A stretch of DNA of 64,000 nt, taken from an uncultured Gammaproteobacteria bacterium (GTDB taxonomy: Bacteria > Patescibacteriota > Patescibacteriia > Patescibacteriales > UBA12465). Shown here one piece after another: positions 34,621 through 45,317 of this stretch. Made by a program: the position numbers and the translations under genes. The notes under the pieces are model-generated. The model saw only the letters and a program-made list of their open reading frames with translations. It was not told the DNA's origin and did not search any database. Each line of letters opens with the position of its first letter. Within the stretch, counting starts at the first letter, position 1. Location of the stretch: positions 7,870-71,869 of the forward strand of contig CAYXNV010000001.1 in NCBI GenBank assembly GCA_964466835.1, given 5' to 3'.

Positions 34621-36063
34621 ATGTTAGAAAGAATAAAAAGATTGATCCCTACTAAAATATTTAAATTTTTACAGCCGATTTACCATTTTTTATTAAGTTT
34701 CTCGTCGGCTATTTTTTATCGTTTTCCAAGCGGACGTCTAATTGTAATTGGTGTAACTGGTACAGCTGGAAAGACTTCCACAGTCTATTTAATTGTTAAA
34801 ATGTTAGAAGAAGCTGGCTATAAAACTGGTTTTACCTCAACTACAATTTTTTCTGATGGTAAAAAAGAACAATTAAATGACAAAAAGATGACTATGCCTG
34901 GTCGTTTTTTTATTCAGAAAATTTTACGAAGAATGGTGAAGAATGGTTGCCGTTATGCTGTGATTGAAACCACTTCCGAGGGAATAAAACAATTCCGCCA
35001 TCGCTTCATTGACTATGATTCTTTAATATTTACCAGTTTATACCCCGAGCATATTGAATCACATGGTAGTTTTGAGAAATATAAAGAAACTAAAGGAAGG
35101 TTATTTCGCCACCTCAGAACTTGTCCGACTAAATATGTTGATGATCAAAAAATTGTACGTTATCCTAAGAGTGAATTAGAAAAATTAGATTTACATCGAA
35201 TTAAAAAAACCATCATTGTTAATGGTGATGATGATCTAGCTAATTATTATCTTAATTTTTGGAGTGAAGCTAAAATAGTTTATTCAGTTTCTGCAAAAAT
35301 TAGCCCTGAATCTATTTTAAGAGGATTGCATAGTGATCTAGTAGTTAAAGATTTGAGAATTGTAGAGGGCAGGGGAGTAGAAACTAATTCAACTGGCACC
35401 AAAGTAATTATTAACAATCAATTAGTTAATCTAAGGCTATTAGGTGAGTTTAATGCTCTCAACGCTCTAGCAGCCTATAGTATTGGCTTAGATCAGAATT
35501 TAGATCCAATTATTATTAAAACTGGACTAGAGAAAGTGAGGGGGCTGGCCGGCAAGATAGAAATGATTGAAGCTGGTCAAGACTTTGTCGCAATTGTTGA
35601 TTATTCTTTTGAACCAAAAGCTCTAGAGAAGCTATATCAAGTTGTAAAACTTATTCCTCATAATCGTATTATTCATCTTTTAGGCTCAACTGGTGGCGGC
35701 CGGGACAAGGCTCGAAGACCGATTTTAGGGAAAATAGCTGGTCAAAAAGCAGATTTAGTTATTGTTACCAATGAAGATCCTTATGATGAAGATCCACAAG
35801 CTATTATTGAGCAAGTAGCCATTGGAGCTGAAGAAGTTGGCAAAACTATTGATAAAAATCTGTTTAAGATATTAGATCGTCGTCAGGCTATTAAAAAAGC
35901 ACTAGAATTAGCCAAAAAAGATGATATAATTCTATTTACTGGCAAAGGATCTGAACAGTATATTTGCTTAGCCAAGGGTCAAAAAACACCTTGGGATGAA
36001 AGGGAAGAGGTAGAAAAGGCAATTAAAGATAAATTGAGTATTGACAGAAAACAAACAATATAA
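34621..36063 (+). CDS. murE: Mur ligase, MurE-like (UDP-MurNAc-L-Ala-D-Glu:diamino acid ligase)
   Basis: It has the P-loop GVTGTAGKTST and Mur ligase middle and C-terminal domains. Confidence 0.7.
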   Translation: MLERIKRLIPTKIFKFLQPIYHFLLSFSSAIFYRFPSGRLIVIGVTGTAGKTSTVYLIVKMLEEAGYKTGFTSTTIFSDGKKEQLNDKKMTMPGRFFIQKILRRMVKNGCRYAVIETTSEGIKQFRHRFIDYDSLIFTSLYPEHIESHGSFEKYKETKGRLFRHLRTCPTKYVDDQKIVRYPKSELEKLDLHRIKKTIIVNGDDDLANYYLNFWSEAKIVYSVSAKISPESILRGLHSDLVVKDLRIVEGRGVETNSTGTKVIINNQLVNLRLLGEFNALNALAAYSIGLDQNLDPIIIKTGLEKVRGLAGKIEMIEAGQDFVAIVDYSFEPKALEKLYQVVKLIPHNRIIHLLGSTGGGRDKARRPILGKIAGQKADLVIVTNEDPYDEDPQAIIEQVAIGAEEVGKTIDKNLFKILDRRQAIKKALELAKKDDIILFTGKGSEQYICLAKGQKTPWDEREEVEKAIKDKLSIDRKQTI

Positions 36064-36277
36064 TATTATTTAAGTATTAACACTTTTTTATTTTTTAAAG
36101 AGTGATTTATAAAAAGACAAGTTAATTTAATATTTTTTAAACTCAAGCCAATTTGGGATTGGGATTTTTTTGTTAACGAAAATTTTTTCTTGGTTTTTTC
36201 CTGTCCAAAATGGCAATAATTTTACTCTAATTGTTTTGTTATTCCCCAGGATCAATTAGGGTATATATAAACTTCTT

Positions 36278-39200
36278 ATGCCTAGTACAAAATCCGCCGG
36301 TAAAAAAAATATCGAGCGTCAAGCTTTTATTGACCTCAAGAAAATTTACCCCATGCCTGACTTAATAGAAATCCAAAAAGATTCTTATGATTGGTTTCTA
36401 AAAGAAGGCTTAACAGAGTTGTTTGATGAGATTAACCCCATTACTGATTTTATCGGTCGTGATTTAGAATTACATTTTGATGACTATTATTTAGACGAAC
36501 CAAAATTTTCCGAAATAGAAAGTCGTGAAAAAAATATTACCTATGAAGCGCCTTTGCGCGTCAAGGCTAGACTACTCAATAAAAAAACAAATGAGGCCTC
36601 AGTCCAAGAAGTTTTTCTTGGCGATTTTCCTTTAATGACTGACAAGGGCACTTTTATTATCAATGGAATTGAAAGAGTAGTTGTTTCTCAATTAATCCGT
36701 AGTGCGGGAGTAATGTTCACTGCGGATTTTATTAAAGGTAAAAAATGTTATGGTGCTAAAATTATTCCTAATCGTGGTGCTTGGCTAGAGATTGAAACTG
36801 ATGCCAATAAAGTAATTTGGGTAAGAATTGATCGTAAAAGAAAAGTGGCTGTCACTTCATTATTGCGAGCTTTTGGTTATTCAACCGATGATGAGATTAT
36901 TAAGCTCTTTCAAGATATTGATATTGTTGGTGACAAGGAGGAAAACACTTATATCGGAGCTACCATTGAAAAAGATGTTGCTAAAGATGAAGCTGAGGGC
37001 TTACAAGAAGTATATCGTCGTATTCGCCCCGGTGATTTAGCTTCAGTTGATAATGCTCGTCAGTTAATCTATTCTATGTTTTTCCGATTTGACCGTTATG
37101 ATTTTGGTCGAGTTGGACGTTATAAACTAAATCGTCGTTTTGATTTAGATTTACCTTCTAATCAAAAAGAAAATAGAATTTTACGCAAAGAAGATTTGGT
37201 TGCCATTATCAGAGAGGTTATTAGATTGAATATCACTAAAGAACCAGAAGATGATATTGATCATCTTGGTAATCGTCGTATTCGAGCAATTGGTGGTTTA
37301 GTTCAAAATCGTTTTCGAGTTGGTTTAGCTCGCATGGAACGTATTACTAAAGATCGAATGTCAACCTCTGACATTGCTTCACTAACTCCAAGTAAATTAA
37401 TTAATGCTCGGCCTGTTATTGGTGTGGTGCGAGAGTTTTTTATGTCCTCTCAATTATCACAGTTTATGGACCAAACCAACCCCTTAGCTGAGTTAGAACA
37501 TAAAAGAAGGTTGTCTGCTATGGGACCCGGTGGCTTAACCAGGGAAAGAGCTGGCTTTGATGTTCGTGATGTGCATTCTACTCACTATGGTCGTATTTGT
37601 CCGATTGCTACCCCTGAAGGCCCAAATATTGGCTTAGTTGGTCATTTAGCTAGCTATGCTCGTTTAAATACCTATGGTTTCCTGGAAACACCTTATAAAA
37701 AAGTTGTTCATGATAAAAAAGGTAGTCGGGTTACTGATGAAGTAGTTTATTTAGATGCTTTTGAAGAAGAAAAATATATTACTTCTGACTCTACCATTCC
37801 CGTTGATGATAATGGCTATTTTTTAGTTAGCAAATATGAAGTAAGGAAATTTGGTCAGCCAGGAGTAGAGGAGGTTAATAAAGTTGATTTTGTTGGTGTA
37901 GCTGCTAATCAAATTATTTCAATCGCTACTTCATTAATTCCATTTATGGAACATAATGATGGTCAGAGATCATTAATGGGAACAAACATGCAACGTCAAG
38001 CAGTTCCATTAGTTAAGAGTGAAGCTCCAGTTGTTGGCACGGGCATGGAAGAAAGAGCTGCTCGTGATAGTGGTCATGTAATTATTTCTGAGGCTGAAGG
38101 AACCGTTGTTAAAGCTGATGCTGCCGCAATTGAAGTAAAAGATAAAAAAGGACAAATTACCAAATACGATTTAAATAAATTTTTGCGATCTAATTCTTCT
38201 ACTTGTATTAATCAACATCCAGTAGTAGAGGTTGGTCAAAAAGTTAAGAAGAATCAAATTCTATCCGATGGCCCCGCAATTGACAAAGGAGAGCTCTCTT
38301 TGGGTCGTAATGTAATTGTTGCTTTCATGACTTGGGAAGGCTTCAACTATGAAGATGCAGTTATTATTTCCGAACGTTTAGTTAGAGAAGATATTTACTC
38401 CTCAATTCATATTGAAAATTATACTATTGATGTTCGTGATACTAAGTTGGGTCCAGAAATGATTACTAATGATATTCCTAATATCAGTGAAGAGAAATTG
38501 AAGAATTTAGATGAGAATGGAATTATTAGAATTGGTGCGGAAATTTCTTCAGGCGATATTTTGGTTGGTAAGATTACCCCTAAAGGTGAAACCACTTTGT
38601 CAGCCGAGGAAAAATTATTACGAGCTATTTTTGGTGAAAAAGCCAAAGATGTTCGTGACTCCTCTTTATATTTAGAGCATGGTGAGCATGGCAAGGTGGT
38701 TGATATTAAAATCTTTTCTCGTGAAGAAGGAGATAAATTAGCGGCTGGAGTTCTTCAGTCTATTCAAGTTTCAGTCGCCAATCTTAGGAAGATTCAAGTA
38801 GGAGATAAAATGTCTGGCCGTCATGGTAATAAAGGAGTTATTTCTCAGGTTGTTCCTATAGAAAATATGCCTTACATGGCTGATGGTACTCCGGTTGATG
38901 TTATTCTTTCCCCTCTAGGAATTATTTCCCGTATGAACCTTGGTCAGCTTTTAGAAACTCATTTAGGTTTTGCTGCCAAGAAATTAGGTTATCGAGTAGC
39001 CACCCCAGCCCTAAATGGTATTACTGAAGATCAGATTAAGGGAGAATTGAAAAAGGCTGGCTTGCCTGAAGATGGTAAAGTAGATTTATTTGATGGTAAA
39101 ACTGGTCAAATCTATGATCATAAGATTACCGTTGGTTATAAATACATGTTGAAACTTAATCACATGGTTGAGGACAAAATTCACCAACGATCAATTGGCC

Positions 39201-39613
39201 CTTATTCTTTAATTACCCAGCAACCTTTAGGTGGTAAAGCTCAGTTTGGTGGTCAAAGATTCGGAGAAATGGAAGTTTGGGCATTAGAAGGCTATGGAGC
39301 CGCTCATACCCTACAAGAAATGCTGACAATTAAATCTGATGATGTCCCTGGTCGTAGTAAAGCCTATGAGGCGATTATTAAAGGTGAAGAAATTGAAAAG
39401 TTGAATGTTCCAGAATCATTCAATGTTTTGATTCGTGAATTAAAGGGCCTAGGTTTAAATGTTGAACTTTTAAGTGATAAAATTGATCAACCTGCCTCAG
39501 AAGTTGATACAGGAATTAATGATGAAGAAGAAAAGAAAGATAAAAAATTTGATTATGACAAGCCAGAAATAATTGCTAAAGCGGATTCAACTGAATCAGA
39601 GCGGAAAGAATAA
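36278..39613 (+). CDS. rpoB: DNA-directed RNA polymerase subunit beta
   Basis: This 1111-aa protein contains GRHGNKGVISQ and GGQRFGEMEVWALEGYGAAH. Confidence 0.95.
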   Translation: MPSTKSAGKKNIERQAFIDLKKIYPMPDLIEIQKDSYDWFLKEGLTELFDEINPITDFIGRDLELHFDDYYLDEPKFSEIESREKNITYEAPLRVKARLLNKKTNEASVQEVFLGDFPLMTDKGTFIINGIERVVVSQLIRSAGVMFTADFIKGKKCYGAKIIPNRGAWLEIETDANKVIWVRIDRKRKVAVTSLLRAFGYSTDDEIIKLFQDIDIVGDKEENTYIGATIEKDVAKDEAEGLQEVYRRIRPGDLASVDNARQLIYSMFFRFDRYDFGRVGRYKLNRRFDLDLPSNQKENRILRKEDLVAIIREVIRLNITKEPEDDIDHLGNRRIRAIGGLVQNRFRVGLARMERITKDRMSTSDIASLTPSKLINARPVIGVVREFFMSSQLSQFMDQTNPLAELEHKRRLSAMGPGGLTRERAGFDVRDVHSTHYGRICPIATPEGPNIGLVGHLASYARLNTYGFLETPYKKVVHDKKGSRVTDEVVYLDAFEEEKYITSDSTIPVDDNGYFLVSKYEVRKFGQPGVEEVNKVDFVGVAANQIISIATSLIPFMEHNDGQRSLMGTNMQRQAVPLVKSEAPVVGTGMEERAARDSGHVIISEAEGTVVKADAAAIEVKDKKGQITKYDLNKFLRSNSSTCINQHPVVEVGQKVKKNQILSDGPAIDKGELSLGRNVIVAFMTWEGFNYEDAVIISERLVREDIYSSIHIENYTIDVRDTKLGPEMITNDIPNISEEKLKNLDENGIIRIGAEISSGDILVGKITPKGETTLSAEEKLLRAIFGEKAKDVRDSSLYLEHGEHGKVVDIKIFSREEGDKLAAGVLQSIQVSVANLRKIQVGDKMSGRHGNKGVISQVVPIENMPYMADGTPVDVILSPLGIISRMNLGQLLETHLGFAAKKLGYRVATPALNGITEDQIKGELKKAGLPEDGKVDLFDGKTGQIYDHKITVGYKYMLKLNHMVEDKIHQRSIGPYSLITQQPLGGKAQFGGQRFGEMEVWALEGYGAAHTLQEMLTIKSDDVPGRSKAYEAIIKGEEIEKLNVPESFNVLIRELKGLGLNVELLSDKIDQPASEVDTGINDEEEKKDKKFDYDKPEIIAKADSTESERKE

Positions 39614-39640
39614 TTAATAATAGATAAAATATTAAAATAT

Positions 39641-42600
39641 ATGCTTAATCCAATAAGAACCAGTGACTTTGACGCCGTTCGTCTCAGATTAGCCTCACCA
39701 GATGAAATTTCTGGTTGGTCTAACGGAGAGGTAGTTCGTCCCGAAACTATTAATTATCGCACTCAGAAGCCAGAAAAAGATGGCTTGTTTTGCGAAAAGA
39801 TTTTTGGTCCCACCAAGGACTGGGAATGTGCTTGCGGGAAATATAAAAAAATTCGTTATAAAGGAATTATTTGTGATAAATGTGGCGTCGAAGTAACTCG
39901 CAGTGTAGTTCGACGTGAACGTTTAGGACATATCGGTTTGCAAGTTCCAGCTTCTCATATCTGGTTTTTGCGCGGTCTATCATCTAAGATCGGCCTGCTC
40001 TTAAATCTAGGTATTCAATCATTAGAAAAGGTTATCTACTATGCTAGTTTTGTTGTAATTGATGTGGATGAAAATTTAAAACAAGCAACAATTGATCAAA
40101 TTAAACAAGAATATAAATCTAAGACCAAAAGCATTACTAGTGATTATAATAATCAGGTTAAAACGATTAAAGCTAAGGCTAAAAAAGGTGAAATTAAAAA
40201 TGAAGCCAAAGAAACTAAAGAGGCTCTTAAAAATAAAGAAGAAAAACTAGCTGATCTAGAGGAAGACTATACTCAAACTCAAAAAGAATTAAAAGATTTA
40301 AAAGCCCTATCAATCCTATCTGAACAACAATATCAAAGTTTAAGTTTGAAATTTGGTCATGTATTTGAGGCCGGAATCGGTGCTGATGCTATTCGCAAGC
40401 TATTAGCTAAGATTGATTTAGAAAAAAGTATTAAAATTTTAGAAGAGAAATTACAAGGAGCAGTTGATTCTAAAAAAGATAAATTAATTAAACGTTTAAA
40501 ATTATTAAAGAGTTTCCGTAATAATAATCTTCGTCCTGAATGGATGATTATGACTACTTTGCCAGTAGTTCCACCAGATCTAAGGCCAATGGTCGCTTTA
40601 GATGGTGGTCGTTTCGCTGCTTCTGATTTAAATGATTTATATCGTCGAGTTATTAATCGTAATAATCGTTTAAAACAATTAATTGAACTTAATGCCCCAG
40701 AAGTTATTTGTCGAAATGAAAAAAGAATGCTTCAAGAAGCAGTTGATGCCTTGATTGATAATTCTGCTCGCCACACTAAAACAGTTACTGCCTCTACTGG
40801 CCAAAAACGACAGTTAAAATCTTTGGCTGATGCTTTAAAGGGTAAGCAGGGAAGATTCCGCCAGAATTTATTAGGAAAAAGAGTTGATTATTCTGGTCGT
40901 AGTGTAATTGTGGTTAATCCAAAATTAAATCTTGACCAGTGTGGTTTGCCTAAGATAATGGCTTTAGAATTATTCAAACCATTTATTATTTCTCAATTAA
41001 TAAAACAGGAAATTGTTCATAATGTTCGTAGCGCTTCTCGTTATATTGAAGCCGGTCATGATGAGGTTTGGGATATTTTAGAAGAAACAGTAAAGGGATC
41101 CTATGTTCTATTAAATCGAGCCCCAACCCTTCATCGTCTTGGTATTCAGGCTTTCCGTCCAGTTTTGATTGAGGGTAAAGCAATTCAAATTCATCCTTTA
41201 GTCTGTACTGCTTTTAACGCTGACTTTGATGGTGATCAAATGGCTGTCCATGTACCTTTAACCAAGGAAGCTCGTAAGGAAGCAAAGGAGATTATGTTAT
41301 CAACTCATAATTTACTCAAACCTGCTACTGGTGATCCAATTGTTGCTCCTGCCCAAGACATTGTTTGGGGAACTTATTATATCACTTTAGCTGATAAAGA
41401 TTTTGATAAAAAAGAAGATAAGGATATTCGCCATTTCTATAGTGAGGATGAGGCTCTGTTAGCTCATGAAAGTGAATTTATTGCCTTGCATGAGCCAATC
41501 AGAGTAAAGTATGATGGGGAATTAATAAGAACTACAGTTGGACGTTTAATTTTTAATTCATTATTACCAGAAAAATTACGTTTCATTAACGAAGTTATTG
41601 GCAAGGGGCGCCTTAAAGATTTGATTCGTGAATGCCTACGTCTCTATAGTGAAGAAGATACAGTTAAATTTATTGATGATTTAAAAAATCGTAGTTTTGC
41701 TTTCATTACTAAATCTGGTCTATCTTGGGGCTTTGGTGATTTACCTGGTCTACCAGAAAAAGATCGTTTAATTAAAGAGGCCAATGAAAAGGTTGAATTA
41801 ATTCAAGAACAATATGAAGAAGGTTTGCTAACTGAAAGTGAGCGCTACGCTAAAGTAATTGAAGAATGGACAAATACTAAAGATAAGATTGCTGATATTT
41901 GCAAACAAGGTTTAACAGATATTTTACCAGTTTATTCTATGATTGACTCTGGTGCTCGAGGTTCTTGGGCTCAGCCAGTACAAATTTTAGGCATGAAAGG
42001 TTTAGTGACTTCACCATCTGGAGCAATTATTGAATTACCAGTTAAAGGTAATTTCAAGCAGGGATTTGGAGTATTAGAATACTTTATCTCCACTCATGGT
42101 GTGCGTAAAGGTCTATCTGATACTGCCCTAAGAACTGCTAATGCTGGTTATTTAACCCGTCGCCTAGTTGATGTTTCTCAGGATATTATTGTCTCCGAAG
42201 AAGATTGTGGTGATAAAGAGGGGGTGGTAGTTGATCGCCCAACAGCCGAAAAAACTGGAGAAGACTTCTATAAAAAAATTACTGGACGTTATTTAATTAA
42301 AGATGTGGTTGATGCTAAGGGGAAAGTGATTGTTAAAGCAGGAAAAATTTTAGATGAAGATAATATTAAATTACTGAAAGCTAAGGATATTGCTGATGTG
42401 ACCATTAGATCTATTTTGAATTGTAAATTACATAAAGGAGTTTGCGCTAAGTGTTATGGTCGAGATTTAGCTTATAATAAATTAGTTAAATTAGGAGCAA
42501 CCGTTGGCACAATTGCAGCTCAATCTATTGGTGAGCCAGGAACTCAGCTAACAATGAGAACTTTTCATACCGGTGGTGTAGCTGGTCAAGATGATATTAC

Positions 42601-43582
42601 CCAGGGTTTGCCTCGAGTTGAAGAAATTTTTGAAGCTCGTAGTCCAAAGAAAAAAGCTTTAATCTCTGATGTGGCTGGTCGAGTAAAAATTGAATTTGCT
42701 CAGAAAACAATTAAAGATAAAGATGGTAAAGAAATTTTAGTTAACAATCCTCAGGCAAAAGTACTTAGCATCTTCTATCGAGGTGAAGATCATGATAAAT
42801 ATTATTTTTCTGAAAAGATAAATGAGATCAAATTAACCCAAGGCTTGACTGCTAAGGACAAGAAAAAGTTAGAAATTAAAGTTTTAGTTAAAGATGGCGA
42901 CGTAGTTAAAAAGAATTCTGATTTATTCAAAGTCCATGGTGAAATAGTAAAAGCTAAAGAGGGTGGCAAGGCTTCAGTAACAGAGAAATATATTAGTGTT
43001 GCCAAAGAAGTAGAAAAGGTAAAAGAATTTTCTATTTTAAAAGGTACTATGTTATTAGTTAAAGATGGCGACGAAATTGAAAAAGGAACTCAATTAACTG
43101 AAGGCAGCCTTGATTTAAGAGAATTATATAAATTAAAAGGACGTCTAGAAACTCAAAAATATATTATTCAAGAAATTCAATACGTATATTCCTCTCAGGG
43201 ACAACCATTAAATGATAAGCATGTAGAAATTATTGCTCGTCAAATGTTTTCTCGTCATTTAATTAAAGATGCTGGTGACGCTGCTTTATTGCCAGGCGAA
43301 ACAGTTGAAGAAGAAGTTTTGGCTCAAGCTAATAAAGGTCTAAAGAAGCCAGCTAAATCTGAACAATTATTATTAGGTATTACCAAAGCTTCTTTAACCA
43401 CTGATAGCTTTTTGTCAGCTGCTTCATTCCAAGAAACTCCACGTGTCCTTATTGAAGCGGCTGTTAATGGTAAAATTGATTACCTTGAGGGTCTAAAGGA
43501 GAATGTAATTATTGGTTGTTTAATTCCAGCTGGAACTGGTTATAAAGGCAAAAAAAAGAGAATGGATTATGATGATAAATAA
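39641..43582 (+). CDS. rpoC: DNA-directed RNA polymerase subunit beta'
   Basis: This 1313-aa protein has a zinc finger (CACGKY...CDKCGVEV) and the catalytic motif NADFDGDQM. Confidence 0.95.
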   Translation: MLNPIRTSDFDAVRLRLASPDEISGWSNGEVVRPETINYRTQKPEKDGLFCEKIFGPTKDWECACGKYKKIRYKGIICDKCGVEVTRSVVRRERLGHIGLQVPASHIWFLRGLSSKIGLLLNLGIQSLEKVIYYASFVVIDVDENLKQATIDQIKQEYKSKTKSITSDYNNQVKTIKAKAKKGEIKNEAKETKEALKNKEEKLADLEEDYTQTQKELKDLKALSILSEQQYQSLSLKFGHVFEAGIGADAIRKLLAKIDLEKSIKILEEKLQGAVDSKKDKLIKRLKLLKSFRNNNLRPEWMIMTTLPVVPPDLRPMVALDGGRFAASDLNDLYRRVINRNNRLKQLIELNAPEVICRNEKRMLQEAVDALIDNSARHTKTVTASTGQKRQLKSLADALKGKQGRFRQNLLGKRVDYSGRSVIVVNPKLNLDQCGLPKIMALELFKPFIISQLIKQEIVHNVRSASRYIEAGHDEVWDILEETVKGSYVLLNRAPTLHRLGIQAFRPVLIEGKAIQIHPLVCTAFNADFDGDQMAVHVPLTKEARKEAKEIMLSTHNLLKPATGDPIVAPAQDIVWGTYYITLADKDFDKKEDKDIRHFYSEDEALLAHESEFIALHEPIRVKYDGELIRTTVGRLIFNSLLPEKLRFINEVIGKGRLKDLIRECLRLYSEEDTVKFIDDLKNRSFAFITKSGLSWGFGDLPGLPEKDRLIKEANEKVELIQEQYEEGLLTESERYAKVIEEWTNTKDKIADICKQGLTDILPVYSMIDSGARGSWAQPVQILGMKGLVTSPSGAIIELPVKGNFKQGFGVLEYFISTHGVRKGLSDTALRTANAGYLTRRLVDVSQDIIVSEEDCGDKEGVVVDRPTAEKTGEDFYKKITGRYLIKDVVDAKGKVIVKAGKILDEDNIKLLKAKDIADVTIRSILNCKLHKGVCAKCYGRDLAYNKLVKLGATVGTIAAQSIGEPGTQLTMRTFHTGGVAGQDDITQGLPRVEEIFEARSPKKKALISDVAGRVKIEFAQKTIKDKDGKEILVNNPQAKVLSIFYRGEDHDKYYFSEKINEIKLTQGLTAKDKKKLEIKVLVKDGDVVKKNSDLFKVHGEIVKAKEGGKASVTEKYISVAKEVEKVKEFSILKGTMLLVKDGDEIEKGTQLTEGSLDLRELYKLKGRLETQKYIIQEIQYVYSSQGQPLNDKHVEIIARQMFSRHLIKDAGDAALLPGETVEEEVLAQANKGLKKPAKSEQLLLGITKASLTTDSFLSAASFQETPRVLIEAAVNGKIDYLEGLKENVIIGCLIPAGTGYKGKKKRMDYDDK

Positions 43583-43601
43583 AATTTAGCTAAGTTTAAA
43601 T

Positions 43602-43645
43602 AAAAAATACCTTAATTTTATTGATAGATTAAGGTATTTTTTATT
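43602..43645 (+). terminator. rho-independent terminator after rpoC
   Basis: A 10-bp stem ataccttaat/attaaggtat is followed by ttttttatt. Confidence 0.7.
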
Positions 43646-43679
43646 TGTTTTTTCGGTTAAAATAGCGTAAAATATAGGT

Positions 43680-45140
43680 ATGAATAAGCTTTCTAAAATC
43701 AGGAAATTTTTAATTATCCTGTTGGTTTTGATAATAGCTGTCTTTTTATATTTTAAAGTGGTTCCTTTTGGTAAGATCAGCTATGAGCGATCTTGGCCAG
43801 AAACTTTAAAATCCGGCAAAGGTTTTATCAATAATTTTACTCCAGCCGATAGAATTGATTTGGAAAATAATGATTTTCCTAGAATAGTCGGTGATCCTAT
43901 TTATTTTTCAATATTTACGCCCCGAACCTTTAATAGGGCTAAATTAATAATCAAGTATCGTGATAATTTATCAGAGCAGACACCGATTATTGAAGGCGGT
44001 GTTTTAGTTGATAATTTGGTTTGGCGCTATAATCTGAAACCAATTGAAAATAAAATAATAGAACAATTAAAATTTGATTGGAAGTTCATTCAAGCTAATA
44101 ATAATTTATTATTACAAAGAGAAAAAAATTATGATAATCTAGAAAGTTTTATAGAAGATTTGGAGTTAGAAAAAGCAGTTAATTGTAATGGGCTATTAAT
44201 TGAATGTGTTGCCTTCTATAATTATCCTTTTGATTTTGATTATCATTTAATTAATTGGCGACCTCAGTCTCTAGTGATTGATAAACCATTACGAGGACTA
44301 CATCAATTCTATCTCTACATAAATAATAGTCAGCTGGAATTAGATTTTGAATTTGTTGACCTCAACCAAGACAAGGGACAAGATCCAATTACGGTTAATG
44401 TGTATAAAAATGATGAATTAATTATTCAAAAATATCTAGATGATAATAATCCCAATCCAACTAGTGGGGAGCTAGAAGAAAAAAGCATAGCTATTAGGGA
44501 AAATAATTTGAAAGAAGGGGTTTATAAAGTTGAAGTAAAGATTAGTGATGATGTAGTGATTAAAAAAATTAATAGTTCAACCAATAAATTATCTTTTTTA
44601 AATAAAATCTGGCCAGTATCAGTTAATAGCGGTATCACTTTATTCACTGATGCTAATTATCTTCAAGTTAAAGCTCTAAATCCAGCTAGTCGACAAACAA
44701 TTAATTTTGCTAATCAAGATTTTGCCATTGATGAAATTTATAAACAATTTGATTTTCAATCATCAGTTAATTATTTGATAAAAAGAATAGATTTAGTAAA
44801 AGATGATCTTATCTTAGAAAATAATGGAATATTTGCTTGGTCAACTTCTAGTTTCTTTAATCCAAAAACAAAAGAGATTGACCGTTATTTTAAGTTGTCT
44901 GACCAAATCAATTATATTTTAACTGATTATCAATCACCTCAACAAGAAGGTAATTGGAAAGTGGCGGTGTTAGAATTTGATTTAAAATCTGCCTATCGCG
45001 AAAAGGGCAAATATAGTTTTATTATCTCCATTCCTGGCCTAAAAGCTGAAGACAATATTGATGATTATTTAGAGATAAAGGAAATAGAAATTAAATTAGA
45101 AGGTCGAACTCTTTGGCAAAAGGTTAAATCTTGGTTTTAA
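43680..45140 (+). CDS. membrane-anchored hypothetical protein (486 aa)
   Basis: It has an N-terminal TM helix (FLIILLVLIIAVFLYF) and a large extracytoplasmic domain. I recognise no family. Confidence 0.55.
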   Translation: MNKLSKIRKFLIILLVLIIAVFLYFKVVPFGKISYERSWPETLKSGKGFINNFTPADRIDLENNDFPRIVGDPIYFSIFTPRTFNRAKLIIKYRDNLSEQTPIIEGGVLVDNLVWRYNLKPIENKIIEQLKFDWKFIQANNNLLLQREKNYDNLESFIEDLELEKAVNCNGLLIECVAFYNYPFDFDYHLINWRPQSLVIDKPLRGLHQFYLYINNSQLELDFEFVDLNQDKGQDPITVNVYKNDELIIQKYLDDNNPNPTSGELEEKSIAIRENNLKEGVYKVEVKISDDVVIKKINSSTNKLSFLNKIWPVSVNSGITLFTDANYLQVKALNPASRQTINFANQDFAIDEIYKQFDFQSSVNYLIKRIDLVKDDLILENNGIFAWSTSSFFNPKTKEIDRYFKLSDQINYILTDYQSPQQEGNWKVAVLEFDLKSAYREKGKYSFIISIPGLKAEDNIDDYLEIKEIEIKLEGRTLWQKVKSWF

Positions 45141-45143
45141 TTT

Positions 45144-45311
45144 ATGAAAAGAATTATTATCAAAGAAATATTTTATTTCTTAACAGCATTATTATTAGCT
45201 TTTTGTTTATTAGAAATAATTTTTCCTAATATAATTTTAGTTTATTTTAATATAAATTACCTTTTCCTATTATGGTTTGTGATTGGTTTAATTTTATTAA
45301 CTAAAAAATAA
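45144..45311 (+). CDS. putative small two-TM membrane protein (55 aa; below the ORF-track cutoff)
   Basis: Own translation gives MKRIIIKEIFYFLTALLLAFCLLEIIFPNIILVYFNINYLFLLWFVIGLILLTKK. It starts 3 nt after the upstream stop and fills the gap before the next gene. Confidence 0.4.
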   Translation: MKRIIIKEIFYFLTALLLAFCLLEIIFPNIILVYFNINYLFLLWFVIGLILLTKK

Positions 45312-45317
45312 ATATAT

